Shown one piece after another: positions 24,349 through 33,318 of a DNA stretch of 64,000 bases. The translations under genes were made by a program, and so were the position numbers. The notes below the pieces were generated by a model that was not told the origin of the DNA, searched no databases, and saw only the letters and a list, made by a program, of their open reading frames with translations. The stretch covers positions 4,325 to 68,324 of the forward strand of contig DATCDZ010000152.1 in assembly GCA_036510395.1 (NCBI GenBank), in the 5' to 3' direction. The stretch is from Verrucomicrobiia bacterium. Lineage in GTDB: Bacteria; Verrucomicrobiota; Verrucomicrobiia; Limisphaerales; UBA11358. Numbering within the stretch: the first letter of the stretch is position 1; each line of letters starts with the position of its first letter.

Positions 24349-25152
24349 CTATGAAAATTGCCGCAGATATTTCAACGCGACTTTCAAATCTTTCGGCCAT
24401 TCGCTTTTGATGGTCACGGTTTCGTTCGTGACGGGATGCGAGAACTGCAATTCTTCCGAGTGCAGCGCGACGCGGGAAATCAGCGGGCGCTCTTCGCGGC
24501 CGGGTTTCAGCCGGTAATCTTTTTTCAGCCGCGAGAGCCACAGGAATTTTCCGCCGTAAAGTTCGTCGCCGACGATCTTCAAATTGACGTGGCTGGCGTG
24601 GACGCGGATTTGGTGCGTGCGGTTCAGAAGCGGCTCGCATTTCAGCAGGGCGTAGCCGTGGCGCGGGAAATTCTCCAGCACTTCAAACTTCGTCTGCGAC
24701 TGCTTGCCATTCGTTGAATCAACGCGCATCAGGCCGGGCGTGACGGGATGCGGCGCGATTTTGGCGTCCACTTCAAATTGGGTTTCCAGCGGTTCGCCGC
24801 GAACGAGCGCGATGTATTTTTCCGACACTTTTTGCGAGCTGAACAGATTGGCGAGCGCGACGAACGCCGGTTTGCTTTTGGCGAGCAGCATCACGCCGCT
24901 GGTTTCGGCGTCGAGGCTGTGCGCGTGGTCCAAATAATCGAGATTGCGTTCGCGCGCCCACGGCTTTTTGTCCGCGATTCCGGCGTGAAGCAGCTTCATC
25001 AAATCCGGACGGTCCGGGCTGGCGATTTCGGGCGAAACCAAAAGTCCGGCGGGTTTGTCGAGCGCGAGGAGAAATTCATCTTCAAACAGGACCGGAATTT
25101 CCCAGAACTCGCGCGTGGCTGGCGAAGAAAGTTTGATGGCCGTGTTCGACAC
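24349..25152 (-). CDS. RluA-family pseudouridine synthase
   Basis: LALDKPAGLLV...HSLDAETSGVMLLAK...RTHQIRVH. Confidence 0.8.
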   Translation of the reverse strand: MSNTAIKLSSPATREFWEIPVLFEDEFLLALDKPAGLLVSPEIASPDRPDLMKLLHAGIADKKPWARERNLDYLDHAHSLDAETSGVMLLAKSKPAFVALANLFSSQKVSEKYIALVRGEPLETQFEVDAKIAPHPVTPGLMRVDSTNGKQSQTKFEVLENFPRHGYALLKCEPLLNRTHQIRVHASHVNLKIVGDELYGGKFLWLSRLKKDYRLKPGREERPLISRVALHSEELQFSHPVTNETVTIKSEWPKDLKVALKYLRQFS

Positions 25153-25154
25153 GG

Positions 25155-26822
25155 CTATTGGGCGGGCGCGGCGCCGCTGGCGGCCTCCTGCTTATAGACC
25201 GGCGTGTCGCGCAATTGGCGGTTGGCCTCGGTCTGCAGCCAGATGTCAAAGCCTTCGTTTTCGCGCTGGCTTTGGAGTTTGGCGGTGAATTTCGGAAGGT
25301 CGGATTTCATGGCCGGCTGGTCAATGGGCAGATGCGACTGCACATAAATGACAAAGCCGCCGTCGTCCGTCTCCTCAAACCTGCTTGTGTGTCCGACCGG
25401 CGTGGAAAATGCCGCCTGCTTGAGCTGCGTCAGGTCGTTGGTGTGGTCGCCGAGTTCGGGCAGTTTCTCCGTGTCGAGCGAGAATGGCGGCAGCGGCAGC
25501 GGCTGCAAACCGGCGGCTTTGCATTCTGTGGCGAAACTTTTTCCGAGCGCACTTCCGACCGCCAGCTTGATGACAAAATTTGTCCCGGCGCTTTGCGCAA
25601 GCAGGGTGGCTTCGTGAATCTGGAAATCATCCGTGACGCGGGCGCGGATTTCTTCGAGCGGCGGAATTGTGGTTGGCAGTTGCCGTGTGAGCGCGATGAC
25701 ATAGACGGCGTTAAGGCCGGCGATCGGCCCGGCGAACGGCTCGTCGGGCGTCAGCGCAAACGCGTCCTTGGTGAAGCCTTCGGGCGCGACGAACTCGTCC
25801 GGGCCGAATTGGCCGCCGAACGGCGCGGTGTTGCGGACGGTCAACCCCTTCTGTTTGGCAACGGTGGCGAGATCCGCAGGTTTGGGCTTGTCCGGATTGA
25901 GTCCGAATACGGCGGTGGCGAATTCATTCGCCTGCACGCGTGCGTCCGCCAGTGCGCGTTGATGGACGCCCTCCTCGCGAATTTTGGATTTTGCCTCGTC
26001 AGGCGTTTTGGCATCTGGAAAGGCCTCGGCACCGTGTTCGCGGTAAAAATTGTCAACGATTTCATCCAGGTTGGTAAGCTCCGTTTTTGCTTTTGCGAGA
26101 TAGTTCGTCACTTCAAACGTGACGTAGCTGACCTGCACGCGGTCGGGCAGGCGGTAGGCGGCGAGGTAGTTCGTGTAGAATTGCGCGACGGCTGCCGGCG
26201 TGGTCTTGACCTGCGACAGGTAATTTGAAGCGGAAAAGAAGACGATTTGCGCGGAGTTTTCCCGGTGTTCGCGCTCGTAATCCAGCGTGGCCTCCTGCGG
26301 CGTGACGAGCGTGGCGGACAATCCCAATGTCTGGATGAGCTGCTGGATGGTAAGGTCGTCCCGGACAAAATTTTCAAAATCGGCGGCTGTCAAACCTTTC
26401 GGCGTCAGGACTTCTTTGACAAAGTCGCTTTCCGGCATGGCCTGGCCGTTGCGCCCGAGCGAACGGAGCATTTCAATCGCCGCGCTTTCCGCCGCCTTAT
26501 CGCCGATGTATATGCCGAGGTCCTCCGCCTTTTGCGCGAGCATCATGCGCACATAAATCTCGCGGTCAATATCCGCCGGCTTCATTTTGTCCGGCCATTC
26601 GCCGTAGTGGAAATAATAGAACAGATAAAATTCGCGCTTGGATTCGGCATAATCGTCCCGCGTGATTTTCTTTCCGTAAATTGAGCCGAAGTTTTCATTG
26701 CCGGCCGCGCCGCCATTGCCCATGCGCTGGCTGGGCGAGAAGAAAAAGAGGAATGATGCGATTGTGGCGACGATGATGATGAACCACAGCCATTTCGAAT
26801 GTTTGCGAATCGTTCCGATCAT
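25155..26822 (-). CDS. PpiD/SurA-like periplasmic chaperone (membrane anchored)
   Basis: N-terminal anchor KWLWFIIIVATIASFLFFF followed by a long SurA-N-like helical region. Confidence 0.6.
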   Translation of the reverse strand: MIGTIRKHSKWLWFIIIVATIASFLFFFSPSQRMGNGGAAGNENFGSIYGKKITRDDYAESKREFYLFYYFHYGEWPDKMKPADIDREIYVRMMLAQKAEDLGIYIGDKAAESAAIEMLRSLGRNGQAMPESDFVKEVLTPKGLTAADFENFVRDDLTIQQLIQTLGLSATLVTPQEATLDYEREHRENSAQIVFFSASNYLSQVKTTPAAVAQFYTNYLAAYRLPDRVQVSYVTFEVTNYLAKAKTELTNLDEIVDNFYREHGAEAFPDAKTPDEAKSKIREEGVHQRALADARVQANEFATAVFGLNPDKPKPADLATVAKQKGLTVRNTAPFGGQFGPDEFVAPEGFTKDAFALTPDEPFAGPIAGLNAVYVIALTRQLPTTIPPLEEIRARVTDDFQIHEATLLAQSAGTNFVIKLAVGSALGKSFATECKAAGLQPLPLPPFSLDTEKLPELGDHTNDLTQLKQAAFSTPVGHTSRFEETDDGGFVIYVQSHLPIDQPAMKSDLPKFTAKLQSQRENEGFDIWLQTEANRQLRDTPVYKQEAASGAAPAQ

Positions 26823-26890
26823 ATTGGCGATATAGGAATTGTCAGCTTAACCGGCAGAAGCAACCTCGGTCAAACTAAAAGCGCGGAACT

Positions 26891-27883
26891 TCAGCCCGCC
26901 TTGAGCCACTCCGCCGCGTCCACCGCCGCGTAAGTGATGAGGATGTCCGCACCCGCCCGCCGCATCGCCAGCAGGCTTTCCAAAGTCACCGCGCGCTCGT
27001 CAATCCACCCTTTTTGCGCTGCCGCTTTAATCATCGAAAATTCCGCGCTCACGGAATACGCCGCCGTCGGATAACCGAATTCCGTTTTCACGCGATAAAT
27101 CAAATCCAGATACGCCAGCGCCGGCTTGACCATCACGATGTCCGCGCCTTCCTGGATGTCCAGCGCCACCTCGCGCAACGCCTCGCGCGCGTTCGCCGCG
27201 TCCATCTGGTAGCTGCGCCGGTCGCCGAATTGCGGCGCGGACTCGGCGGCTTCGCGAAAGGGCCCGTAAAACGCCGACGCGAACTTTGCCGCGTAGCTCA
27301 TGATCGGCATGTCGGAAAAATTATTTTTATCCAGTGCGGCGCGGATTGCCGCAACGCGCCCGTCCATCATGTCGCTCGGCGCGACGATGTCCGCGCCCGA
27401 CTCGGCGTGGCTCAAAGCCGTTTGCGCGAGAACTTTCAACGTCGGGTCGTTCAGGATTTTTCCGCGCGACACGATTCCGCAATGTCCGTGCTCCATGTAT
27501 TCACACAGGCACACGTCCGTGATGACGAGCAGCGACGGCAGTTCCTTCTTCAGCAGCCGCACCGTTTGCTGGACGATTCCATTTTTTGCGAACGCGCCGG
27601 AAGCCTTCGCATCTTTTTTATCGGGAATGCCGAAAAGCAAGACCGCCGGGACGCCGAGCTTATGGGCGCGCGCGGCCTCGCGCAGCAGTTCGTCGGGCGA
27701 AAGCTGGAAAACGCCCGGCATGGAGGCGATGGGATGGCGCAGCTTGCGCCCGGCGCGGACGAACAACGGCAGAATCAGTTGCTCCACGCCCAGCCGCGTT
27801 TCGCGGACGAGATTCCTCAACGCCGCTGACGAGCGCAAACGGCGCGGGCGGTAATTTGGAAATTGTCCGGCGTTCAAATTCAC
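26891..27883 (-). CDS. hemB: Porphobilinogen synthase (delta-aminolevulinate dehydratase)
   Basis: YRPRRLRSSAALRNLVRETRL...DVCLCEYMEHGHCG...APSDMMDGRV...MVKPALAYLD. Confidence 0.92.
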   Translation of the reverse strand: MNLNAGQFPNYRPRRLRSSAALRNLVRETRLGVEQLILPLFVRAGRKLRHPIASMPGVFQLSPDELLREAARAHKLGVPAVLLFGIPDKKDAKASGAFAKNGIVQQTVRLLKKELPSLLVITDVCLCEYMEHGHCGIVSRGKILNDPTLKVLAQTALSHAESGADIVAPSDMMDGRVAAIRAALDKNNFSDMPIMSYAAKFASAFYGPFREAAESAPQFGDRRSYQMDAANAREALREVALDIQEGADIVMVKPALAYLDLIYRVKTEFGYPTAAYSVSAEFSMIKAAAQKGWIDERAVTLESLLAMRRAGADILITYAAVDAAEWLKAG

Positions 27884-27988
27884 AAACCCATTCTAGTTTC
27901 AAATCGCGAAGTGCAAAGCCGAAAGTGCGAACGGGTTTTTAGCCACAGATTGAACACGGATGAAATACGGAATTCAAGGCGGGGATTT

Positions 27989-28939
27989 TCAACCTTTCAC
28001 CCGCAACAATTTCAACGCCGCCAGAAAATCCTCCGGCAGCGGCGCTTCAAACGTCATCAATTTTTTCCGGCGCGGATGAAAGAACGACAGTTCGCGCGCG
28101 TGCAGCATCACGCGCGGCGCGGCGTAATTCGTCAGTTCCTTCAGCCGCGCATTTTGCCGCGCGCCGTAGGTGTCGTCGCCCACGAGCGGATGGCCGATGA
28201 ACTGGAAATGCACGCGGACTTGATGCGTGCGCCCGGTGTGTATCTGCGCCTCCATCAACGTCGCCGCGTAAAGCCGTTCGAGAATCCTGTAGCTCGTGTG
28301 CGCGGCGCGGCCGGTGCTGTCGCCGCTCACGGCCATGCGTTTGCGGTGCGTGGGATGCCGCGCGATGGCGGCGTGAATTTCGGCGGTGGCGCGGCCCGGT
28401 TCGCCGCAGACGAGCGCGTGGTAAATCTTTTTTACTTCGCGCGCCGCGAATTGTTCCGAGAGCGCGAGGTGCGTCTCGTCGTTCTTGGCGACGACGAGGC
28501 AGCCGCTGGTTTCCTTGTCGAGCCGGTGGACGATGCCGGGCCGCGCCACGCCGCCGATGCCGCTCAACGAGCCTTTGCAATGATGCAGCAGCGCGTTGAC
28601 GAGCGTGTGTTCCTCGTGCCCGGCGGCGGGATGCACGACGAGTCCGGCGGGTTTGTTGACGACGAGCAGCGTTTTGTCCTCGAACAGAATGTCGAGCGGA
28701 ATTTTTTCCGGCTGCGCCTGGGCGGGCTTGGCTTCCGGCCAATGGACTTCAATTTTTTCGCTCGCGTGCGGATGATGCGTAGGCTTGACGATTTCGCCGT
28801 TGACGCGGATGTGGCCTTCTTCAATCAGCCGGTGCAGCGCGCCGCGCGAGGCGGTGGGAAATTTCTCGCAAAGGAATTTGTCGAGCCGCTCTTTCGGAAG
28901 CGATTTTTCGACGGTAAAATTTTCAGTTCGATTTTTCAT
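27989..28939 (-). CDS. rluD: 23S rRNA pseudouridine synthase RluD-type (S4 domain + RluA core)
   Basis: RLDKFL...NKPAGLVVHP...HRLDKETSGCLVVAK...GRTHQVRVH. Confidence 0.85.
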   Translation of the reverse strand: MKNRTENFTVEKSLPKERLDKFLCEKFPTASRGALHRLIEEGHIRVNGEIVKPTHHPHASEKIEVHWPEAKPAQAQPEKIPLDILFEDKTLLVVNKPAGLVVHPAAGHEEHTLVNALLHHCKGSLSGIGGVARPGIVHRLDKETSGCLVVAKNDETHLALSEQFAAREVKKIYHALVCGEPGRATAEIHAAIARHPTHRKRMAVSGDSTGRAAHTSYRILERLYAATLMEAQIHTGRTHQVRVHFQFIGHPLVGDDTYGARQNARLKELTNYAAPRVMLHARELSFFHPRRKKLMTFEAPLPEDFLAALKLLRVKG

Positions 28940-29023
28940 CCGCAGATTACACAGATTTTCGCAGATTAAATTTATGACTTGTTTTTAATCTGCGTTCATC
29001 GACGAAATCTGCGGAAAAAGTTT

Positions 29024-29539
29024 TCATTTGGATTCTGCGGATTTCGGCGCGTGTTCATTTTTCCAGGTGATGAGGAAAATCAATCCGACGCCGGTGCAAA
29101 TGGCGCTGTCGGCGATGTTGAACGCGGGGAATCCGATTTCACCGCCGCCGCGCCGGTGCATATAAAAATAAATGAAATCCACGACGGCATGGCGTCCGGG
29201 CAAAAGCCGGTCGGTGAGATTTCCAGCGATGCCGCCGAAGATGAGTCCGAACGCGATCTGCCCCGACAGCGTGTGCGAATCGAAATGGCGCCGCGTGAGA
29301 AACAGCGCGACGAGCGCGAACAGGGCGACGAGCGCGAGCGCGCCGTTGTTGCCCCGAAACAGGCTCCACGCCGCGCCGGTGTTGCCCCAGTGGACGAATT
29401 TGAAGAACCCTGGAATGATGATTTTTTCCTGAAATTCGGGCAGCGTTTCCAGAACGAGCCATTTGGTGAACTGGTCGAGCGCGAGTATGAACAGCGCGAG
29501 CACGGCGATGCGGCGGTTTGATTTCGGGAAAACAGTCAT
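29024..29539 (-). CDS. lspA: Lipoprotein signal peptidase II
   Basis: Start chosen at MTVFPKSNRRIAVLALFILALDQFTKWLV. Motifs include NTGAAWS and FNIADSAI. The longer track ORF (to 29764) reads through the heptamer hairpin. Confidence 0.85.
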   Translation of the reverse strand: MTVFPKSNRRIAVLALFILALDQFTKWLVLETLPEFQEKIIIPGFFKFVHWGNTGAAWSLFRGNNGALALVALFALVALFLTRRHFDSHTLSGQIAFGLIFGGIAGNLTDRLLPGRHAVVDFIYFYMHRRGGGEIGFPAFNIADSAICTGVGLIFLITWKNEHAPKSAESK

Positions 29540-29541
29540 TG

Positions 29542-29629
29542 AGTCCAAAGTCCGAAGTCCGAAGTCCAAAGTCAAGCCAGCCGCGCCGTTGAATTTAGGC
29601 TTTGGACTTTGGGCCTTGGACTTTAGACT
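29542..29629. repeat. Long hairpin built of heptanucleotide arrays (AGTCCRA x5 facing its complement)
   Basis: AGTCCAA AGTCCGA AGTCCGA AGTCCAA AGTCAAG ... loop ... GGCTTTGGACTTTGGGCCTTGGACTTTAGACT, between the divergent lspA and NYN genes. Confidence 0.8.
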
Positions 29630-29635
29630 GCGTTC

Positions 29636-30106
29636 ATGGCGCTCGTGCGAATCCTTGTTGACGGCTACAGCCTGTTGCACAACTGGCCGGAACTGGCGGA
29701 AGGTGCGCCGCGCCACTCCGCGCTCGCGCGGGACGAACTGGTGCAAATCCTGACGCAATATCACGATGCGACGGGCGAACCGGTCACAATTTTTTTCGAC
29801 GGTTCGGGCGCGCCGCCCAACACGCCGAAAAGCGAATCGAGCCGCGACGTGGAGGTTTTATTTTCGCGCGCGGGACAAACGGCGGACGACATGATCGAGC
29901 GCGCGGCGCATCGTTTTCAAAGTTACGGCGAAGTCCTCGTCGTGACGGACGACCATGCGGAGCGCGACATGGTAAGCGGGTTTGGCGGGTCGGTGGCGAG
30001 CTGCGCGAATTTCATCTGCATGATCGGCGGGGCGCTGGCGGAACTGAAGGACGAGTTGAAGAACCACAACCGCGCGGAGCGGAACCGTTTTAACCGGTCG
30101 CGCTGA
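29636..30106 (+). CDS. YacP/Rae1-like NYN-domain ribonuclease
   Basis: ILVDGYSLLHNWPEL...VTIFFDG...VEVLFSRAGQTADDMIE...VLVVTDDHAE parallels B. subtilis YacP. Confidence 0.8.
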   Translation: MALVRILVDGYSLLHNWPELAEGAPRHSALARDELVQILTQYHDATGEPVTIFFDGSGAPPNTPKSESSRDVEVLFSRAGQTADDMIERAAHRFQSYGEVLVVTDDHAERDMVSGFGGSVASCANFICMIGGALAELKDELKNHNRAERNRFNRSR

Positions 30107-30116
30107 AGCAACGCCA

Positions 30117-31226
30117 ATGGAAAAACAGAAACATCCCGGCCATTCATTTTTGCGCGGGCGGATTTTCGCCGCGCTGCTTGCGGGAATTTTTTTAATTCCG
30201 GCGGCGCGCGCCCAGACGGACGAGCGGCGGCCGGTCGAAAATCGTTTCCTGCTCATTTTCGACACTTCGGCGGACATGAAAAAGCGCGTGACGGCGGAGC
30301 AGAAAACGCTGGACAATCTTTTCCTGACGAGCTTTATCGGGCAGTTGCAGTCGGGCGACAGCATCGGCGTGTGGGCGTTCGACAAGGATTTGCGGACGGA
30401 TCAGTTCCCGTTGCAATACTGGTTGCCATCCGAGGCGGCGACGATCGCGGCAGACATCAATTCATTCGTTGAAAAACAGCATTATGCCAATGACACCAGC
30501 TTTGGCTCCTTGCAGCCGTGGCTGAACGAAGTCGTAACGAATTCGGAACGGCTGACGGTGCTGATTTTTTTTGACGGCGAAACCGCGGTCAGCGGGACGC
30601 CGTATGACGACAAGATCAATCCCATTCTCCAGCGGCGGCAGGCTGAACAAAAAAAGGCGCGCCAGCCGTTTGTCATCGTGCTCCGCGCGCAATTGGGGCA
30701 ATACATCGGATGCACGCTGGATTTCCCCCCCACGCCGTTGAGTTTTCCCGATTTCCCGCCGCTGCCGCCGCCGCCCGCGCCGCCCGCGCCGCCCATTCAA
30801 CCGCCGCCCGCGCCTCCGAAGCGAGTTGTCATGCAGTCAATCATCATGATCAACACAAACTCGGAGGCAAAGCCGCCGCCTGCGCCGCCCGCGCCGAAAT
30901 TGGAGATGACCAATTCGCCATTGCCCGTCGCGCTGACAAATCCGGTTCCAGAAACCAACGCCGTCTCCGCCCCGGAAATAATTTCAACGGCAGAAACAAA
31001 TTTGGCTGCGGAAACCAGCGCCGTCTTTGCCCCGGATAAAATCCCGGCGGCAGAAACCAATGCATCGGCGTTGCCGCCGGAAAAATCCGGGCTGGGCGGC
31101 GGCGGCGCGCTGGCAATTGGCGTCGCGCTTTTGGTCGCGGCGGGTGGATTGACAGCATTTATTCTGCGCCGTTCGCGCCAATCCGGCCACGCCAGCCTCA
31201 TCACGCGCTCGATGAGGAAAAAATAA
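30117..31226 (+). CDS. Secreted VWA-like protein with a Pro-rich linker and C-terminal TM anchor
   Basis: Signal peptide (AALLAGIFLIPAARA). FLLIFDTSADM is MIDAS-like. Linker: PPLPPPPAPPAPPIQPPPAPP. C-terminus: GGALAIGVALLVAAGGLTAFIL. Confidence 0.55.
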   Translation: MEKQKHPGHSFLRGRIFAALLAGIFLIPAARAQTDERRPVENRFLLIFDTSADMKKRVTAEQKTLDNLFLTSFIGQLQSGDSIGVWAFDKDLRTDQFPLQYWLPSEAATIAADINSFVEKQHYANDTSFGSLQPWLNEVVTNSERLTVLIFFDGETAVSGTPYDDKINPILQRRQAEQKKARQPFVIVLRAQLGQYIGCTLDFPPTPLSFPDFPPLPPPPAPPAPPIQPPPAPPKRVVMQSIIMINTNSEAKPPPAPPAPKLEMTNSPLPVALTNPVPETNAVSAPEIISTAETNLAAETSAVFAPDKIPAAETNASALPPEKSGLGGGGALAIGVALLVAAGGLTAFILRRSRQSGHASLITRSMRKK

Positions 31227-31270
31227 TTTACGGCGTGACTTTTTGCCGCGCGCGTGGAAAAATCCGCGCC

Positions 31271-31981
31271 ATGAAAGCAATGATTTTTGTCTGCGCCCTT
31301 GGAATCGCCGCGAGTTTCGCGCTGGTTTCATGCACCCAAACCGACCAGACTGCAACCAATAATCCGCCGCAGGACAAAACGCCGGCGTCCGTCGCGGCAG
31401 GATTTGATGATCCCGCCAAGCTCACCGAGAAGGCGCCGGAAACTTTCAAGGCGCAGTTCGACACGACCAAGGGCAAGTTCACCGTTGAAGTCGCCCGCTC
31501 GCTCGCGCCCAACGGCGCGGACCGTTTTTACAATTTGGTCAAGTCCGGCTATTTCACGGACATCGCCTTCTTTCGCGTGATTCCCGGCTTCATGGTTCAA
31601 TTCGGAATTCATGGCGATCCCGCAGTTTCCGCAAAATGGCGTGACGCAAACATCACCGACGATCCGGTCAAGGGCAGCAACACACGCGGCACAATCACCT
31701 TCGCCACCGCAGGCCCCAACACGCGCACCACACAGTTGTTCATCAACTTCGGAAACAACACCGGCCTCGACGGGCAGGGCTTCGCACCTTTCGGCAATGT
31801 GATTGAAGGCATGGACGTGGTGGCCAAAATCAATAGCGAATATGGCGAAGGTTCTCCGAACGGTCGCGGGCCAGATCAGCAGCGCATCCAAATGGAAGGC
31901 AATGCTTACTTGAAAAAAGATTTTCCGAACCTCGATTACATCAAGTCCGCAACCATCCTTCCCGCCGATTCCGTAAAATAA
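31271..31981 (+). CDS. Cyclophilin-type peptidyl-prolyl isomerase, lipoprotein
   Basis: MKAMIFVCALGIAASFALVSC is a lipobox. Cyclophilin core: FFRVIPGFMVQFG...GTITFATAGPNTRTTQLFIN. Confidence 0.85.
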   Translation: MKAMIFVCALGIAASFALVSCTQTDQTATNNPPQDKTPASVAAGFDDPAKLTEKAPETFKAQFDTTKGKFTVEVARSLAPNGADRFYNLVKSGYFTDIAFFRVIPGFMVQFGIHGDPAVSAKWRDANITDDPVKGSNTRGTITFATAGPNTRTTQLFINFGNNTGLDGQGFAPFGNVIEGMDVVAKINSEYGEGSPNGRGPDQQRIQMEGNAYLKKDFPNLDYIKSATILPADSVK

Positions 31982-32000
31982 TTTCCAAATCAAATCATTT

Positions 32001-32579
32001 ATGAGCGAACTCGCAGTCATCAGCACCACCGAAGGCGACATGGTCGTCGAATTCTGGCCGGACGTCGCGCCCGGCCACGTCGAGAATTTCAAGAAACTCG
32101 CGCAAACTGGATTTTACGACGGCACGGCATTTCATCGCGTCATCAAAGGCTTCATGATCCAAGGTGGCGACCCGCTGACGAAGGACGCAGGCAAGGAACA
32201 CGCCTGGGGCACCGGCGGCTCCGGCCACACGATCAAGGCCGAGTTCAACGACAAGGCCCACGTTCGCGGCGTCCTCTCGATGGCGCGCTCCAACGATCCC
32301 AATTCCGCCGGCTCGCAATTTTTCATCTGCCACGGCGACCCGCGTTTTCTCGACCGCCAATACACCGCATTCGGCAGGCTCATCAAAGGCGACGACGTTC
32401 TCGAAAAAATCGCCACCACGCCAACGCATTCCGGCGACCGGCCCGTCAAACGCGTGGGCGTCACCAGCGTAAAAATTGTTCCGGCGCATAGCTCGCGCTC
32501 ATCCGCTTCGGATTGCTCAACAAATCCTGTGTGCCGATGCAAACGAGACAATCGTGCGCGTGCGAATCGCTTTTGTTGA
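32001..32579 (+). CDS. ppiB: Cytoplasmic cyclophilin PPIase with an abnormal ~35-aa C-terminal read-through
   Basis: FHRVIKGFMIQGGDP...SMARSNDPNSAGSQFFI. Homology ends near ...VTSVKIV (~32480). The ORF continues to 32579, antisense to the dnaE fragment. Confidence 0.8.
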   Translation: MSELAVISTTEGDMVVEFWPDVAPGHVENFKKLAQTGFYDGTAFHRVIKGFMIQGGDPLTKDAGKEHAWGTGGSGHTIKAEFNDKAHVRGVLSMARSNDPNSAGSQFFICHGDPRFLDRQYTAFGRLIKGDDVLEKIATTPTHSGDRPVKRVGVTSVKIVPAHSSRSSASDCSTNPVCRCKRDNRARANRFC

Positions 32580-33231
32580 TGTAATGAACGTCGTTCGTCG
32601 CGACGAGCTTCAGGCCAAATTCCTTCGACCATTTGATCAAAAAATTGTTGACCTTCGCCTGTTCGGGAATGCCGTGGTTTTGCAGTTCGAGGAAAAAATT
32701 TTCCGCGCCGAGCGTCTGCTTGAAAAAGTCCACGGCGTCGCGCGCCTTGTCCAGCTGGTCTTTCATGATCCAGTCAGGAATCTCACTGGCGAGGCAGCCG
32801 GACATCGCGATCAACCCTTCGCTGTGCGCGGCGAGGATTTCCTTGTCAATGCGCGGCTTGTAATAATAGCCCTCCAGATGCGCGGCGGTCGTGAGCTTGA
32901 TGAGATTTTTGTAGCCGGCTTCGTCCTTCGCGAGCAAACCGAGATGATGATAAACATCGCGTGTGCCGCCGCCGCCGCCACCGCCGGATTTTTTTTCCAA
33001 TCGCGAGCCGGGCGCGACGTAAACTTCGCAGCCGATGATGGGTTTGATGCCCTTCGCACGCGCGGTCTGGTAAAATTCAATCGCGCCATGCATCGCGCCG
33101 TGGTCGGTGATGGCGAGCGAGGAAAATTTCAGTTCGTGCGCCTTGTCCACGAGCCGGTCAAGACGGCATGCGCCATCGAGCAATGAATACTCGGTGTGCA
33201 GATGAAGATGAACAAAATCGGCGTGCGACAT
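32461..33231 (-). pseudogene. dnaE: DNA polymerase III alpha (DnaE) N-terminal PHP-domain fragment (256 aa of an expected ~1150)
   Basis: FVHLHLHTEYSLLDGACRLDRLVDKA...LAITDHGAMHGAIEFY...GIKPIIGCE...FLELQNHG...VATNDVHYINKSDSHAHDCLVCI...NPKRMSASYAPEQFLRW*. No DnaE-like sequence follows in any frame. Confidence 0.7.
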
Positions 33232-33318
33232 GAAAATAATTTAACTTCTAATCGCCGGGAGACCAAGCTTCAGAAGTAAAATTTTTATGAACTGGCGGAT
33301 TTCCGGCGAATTTGAAGC

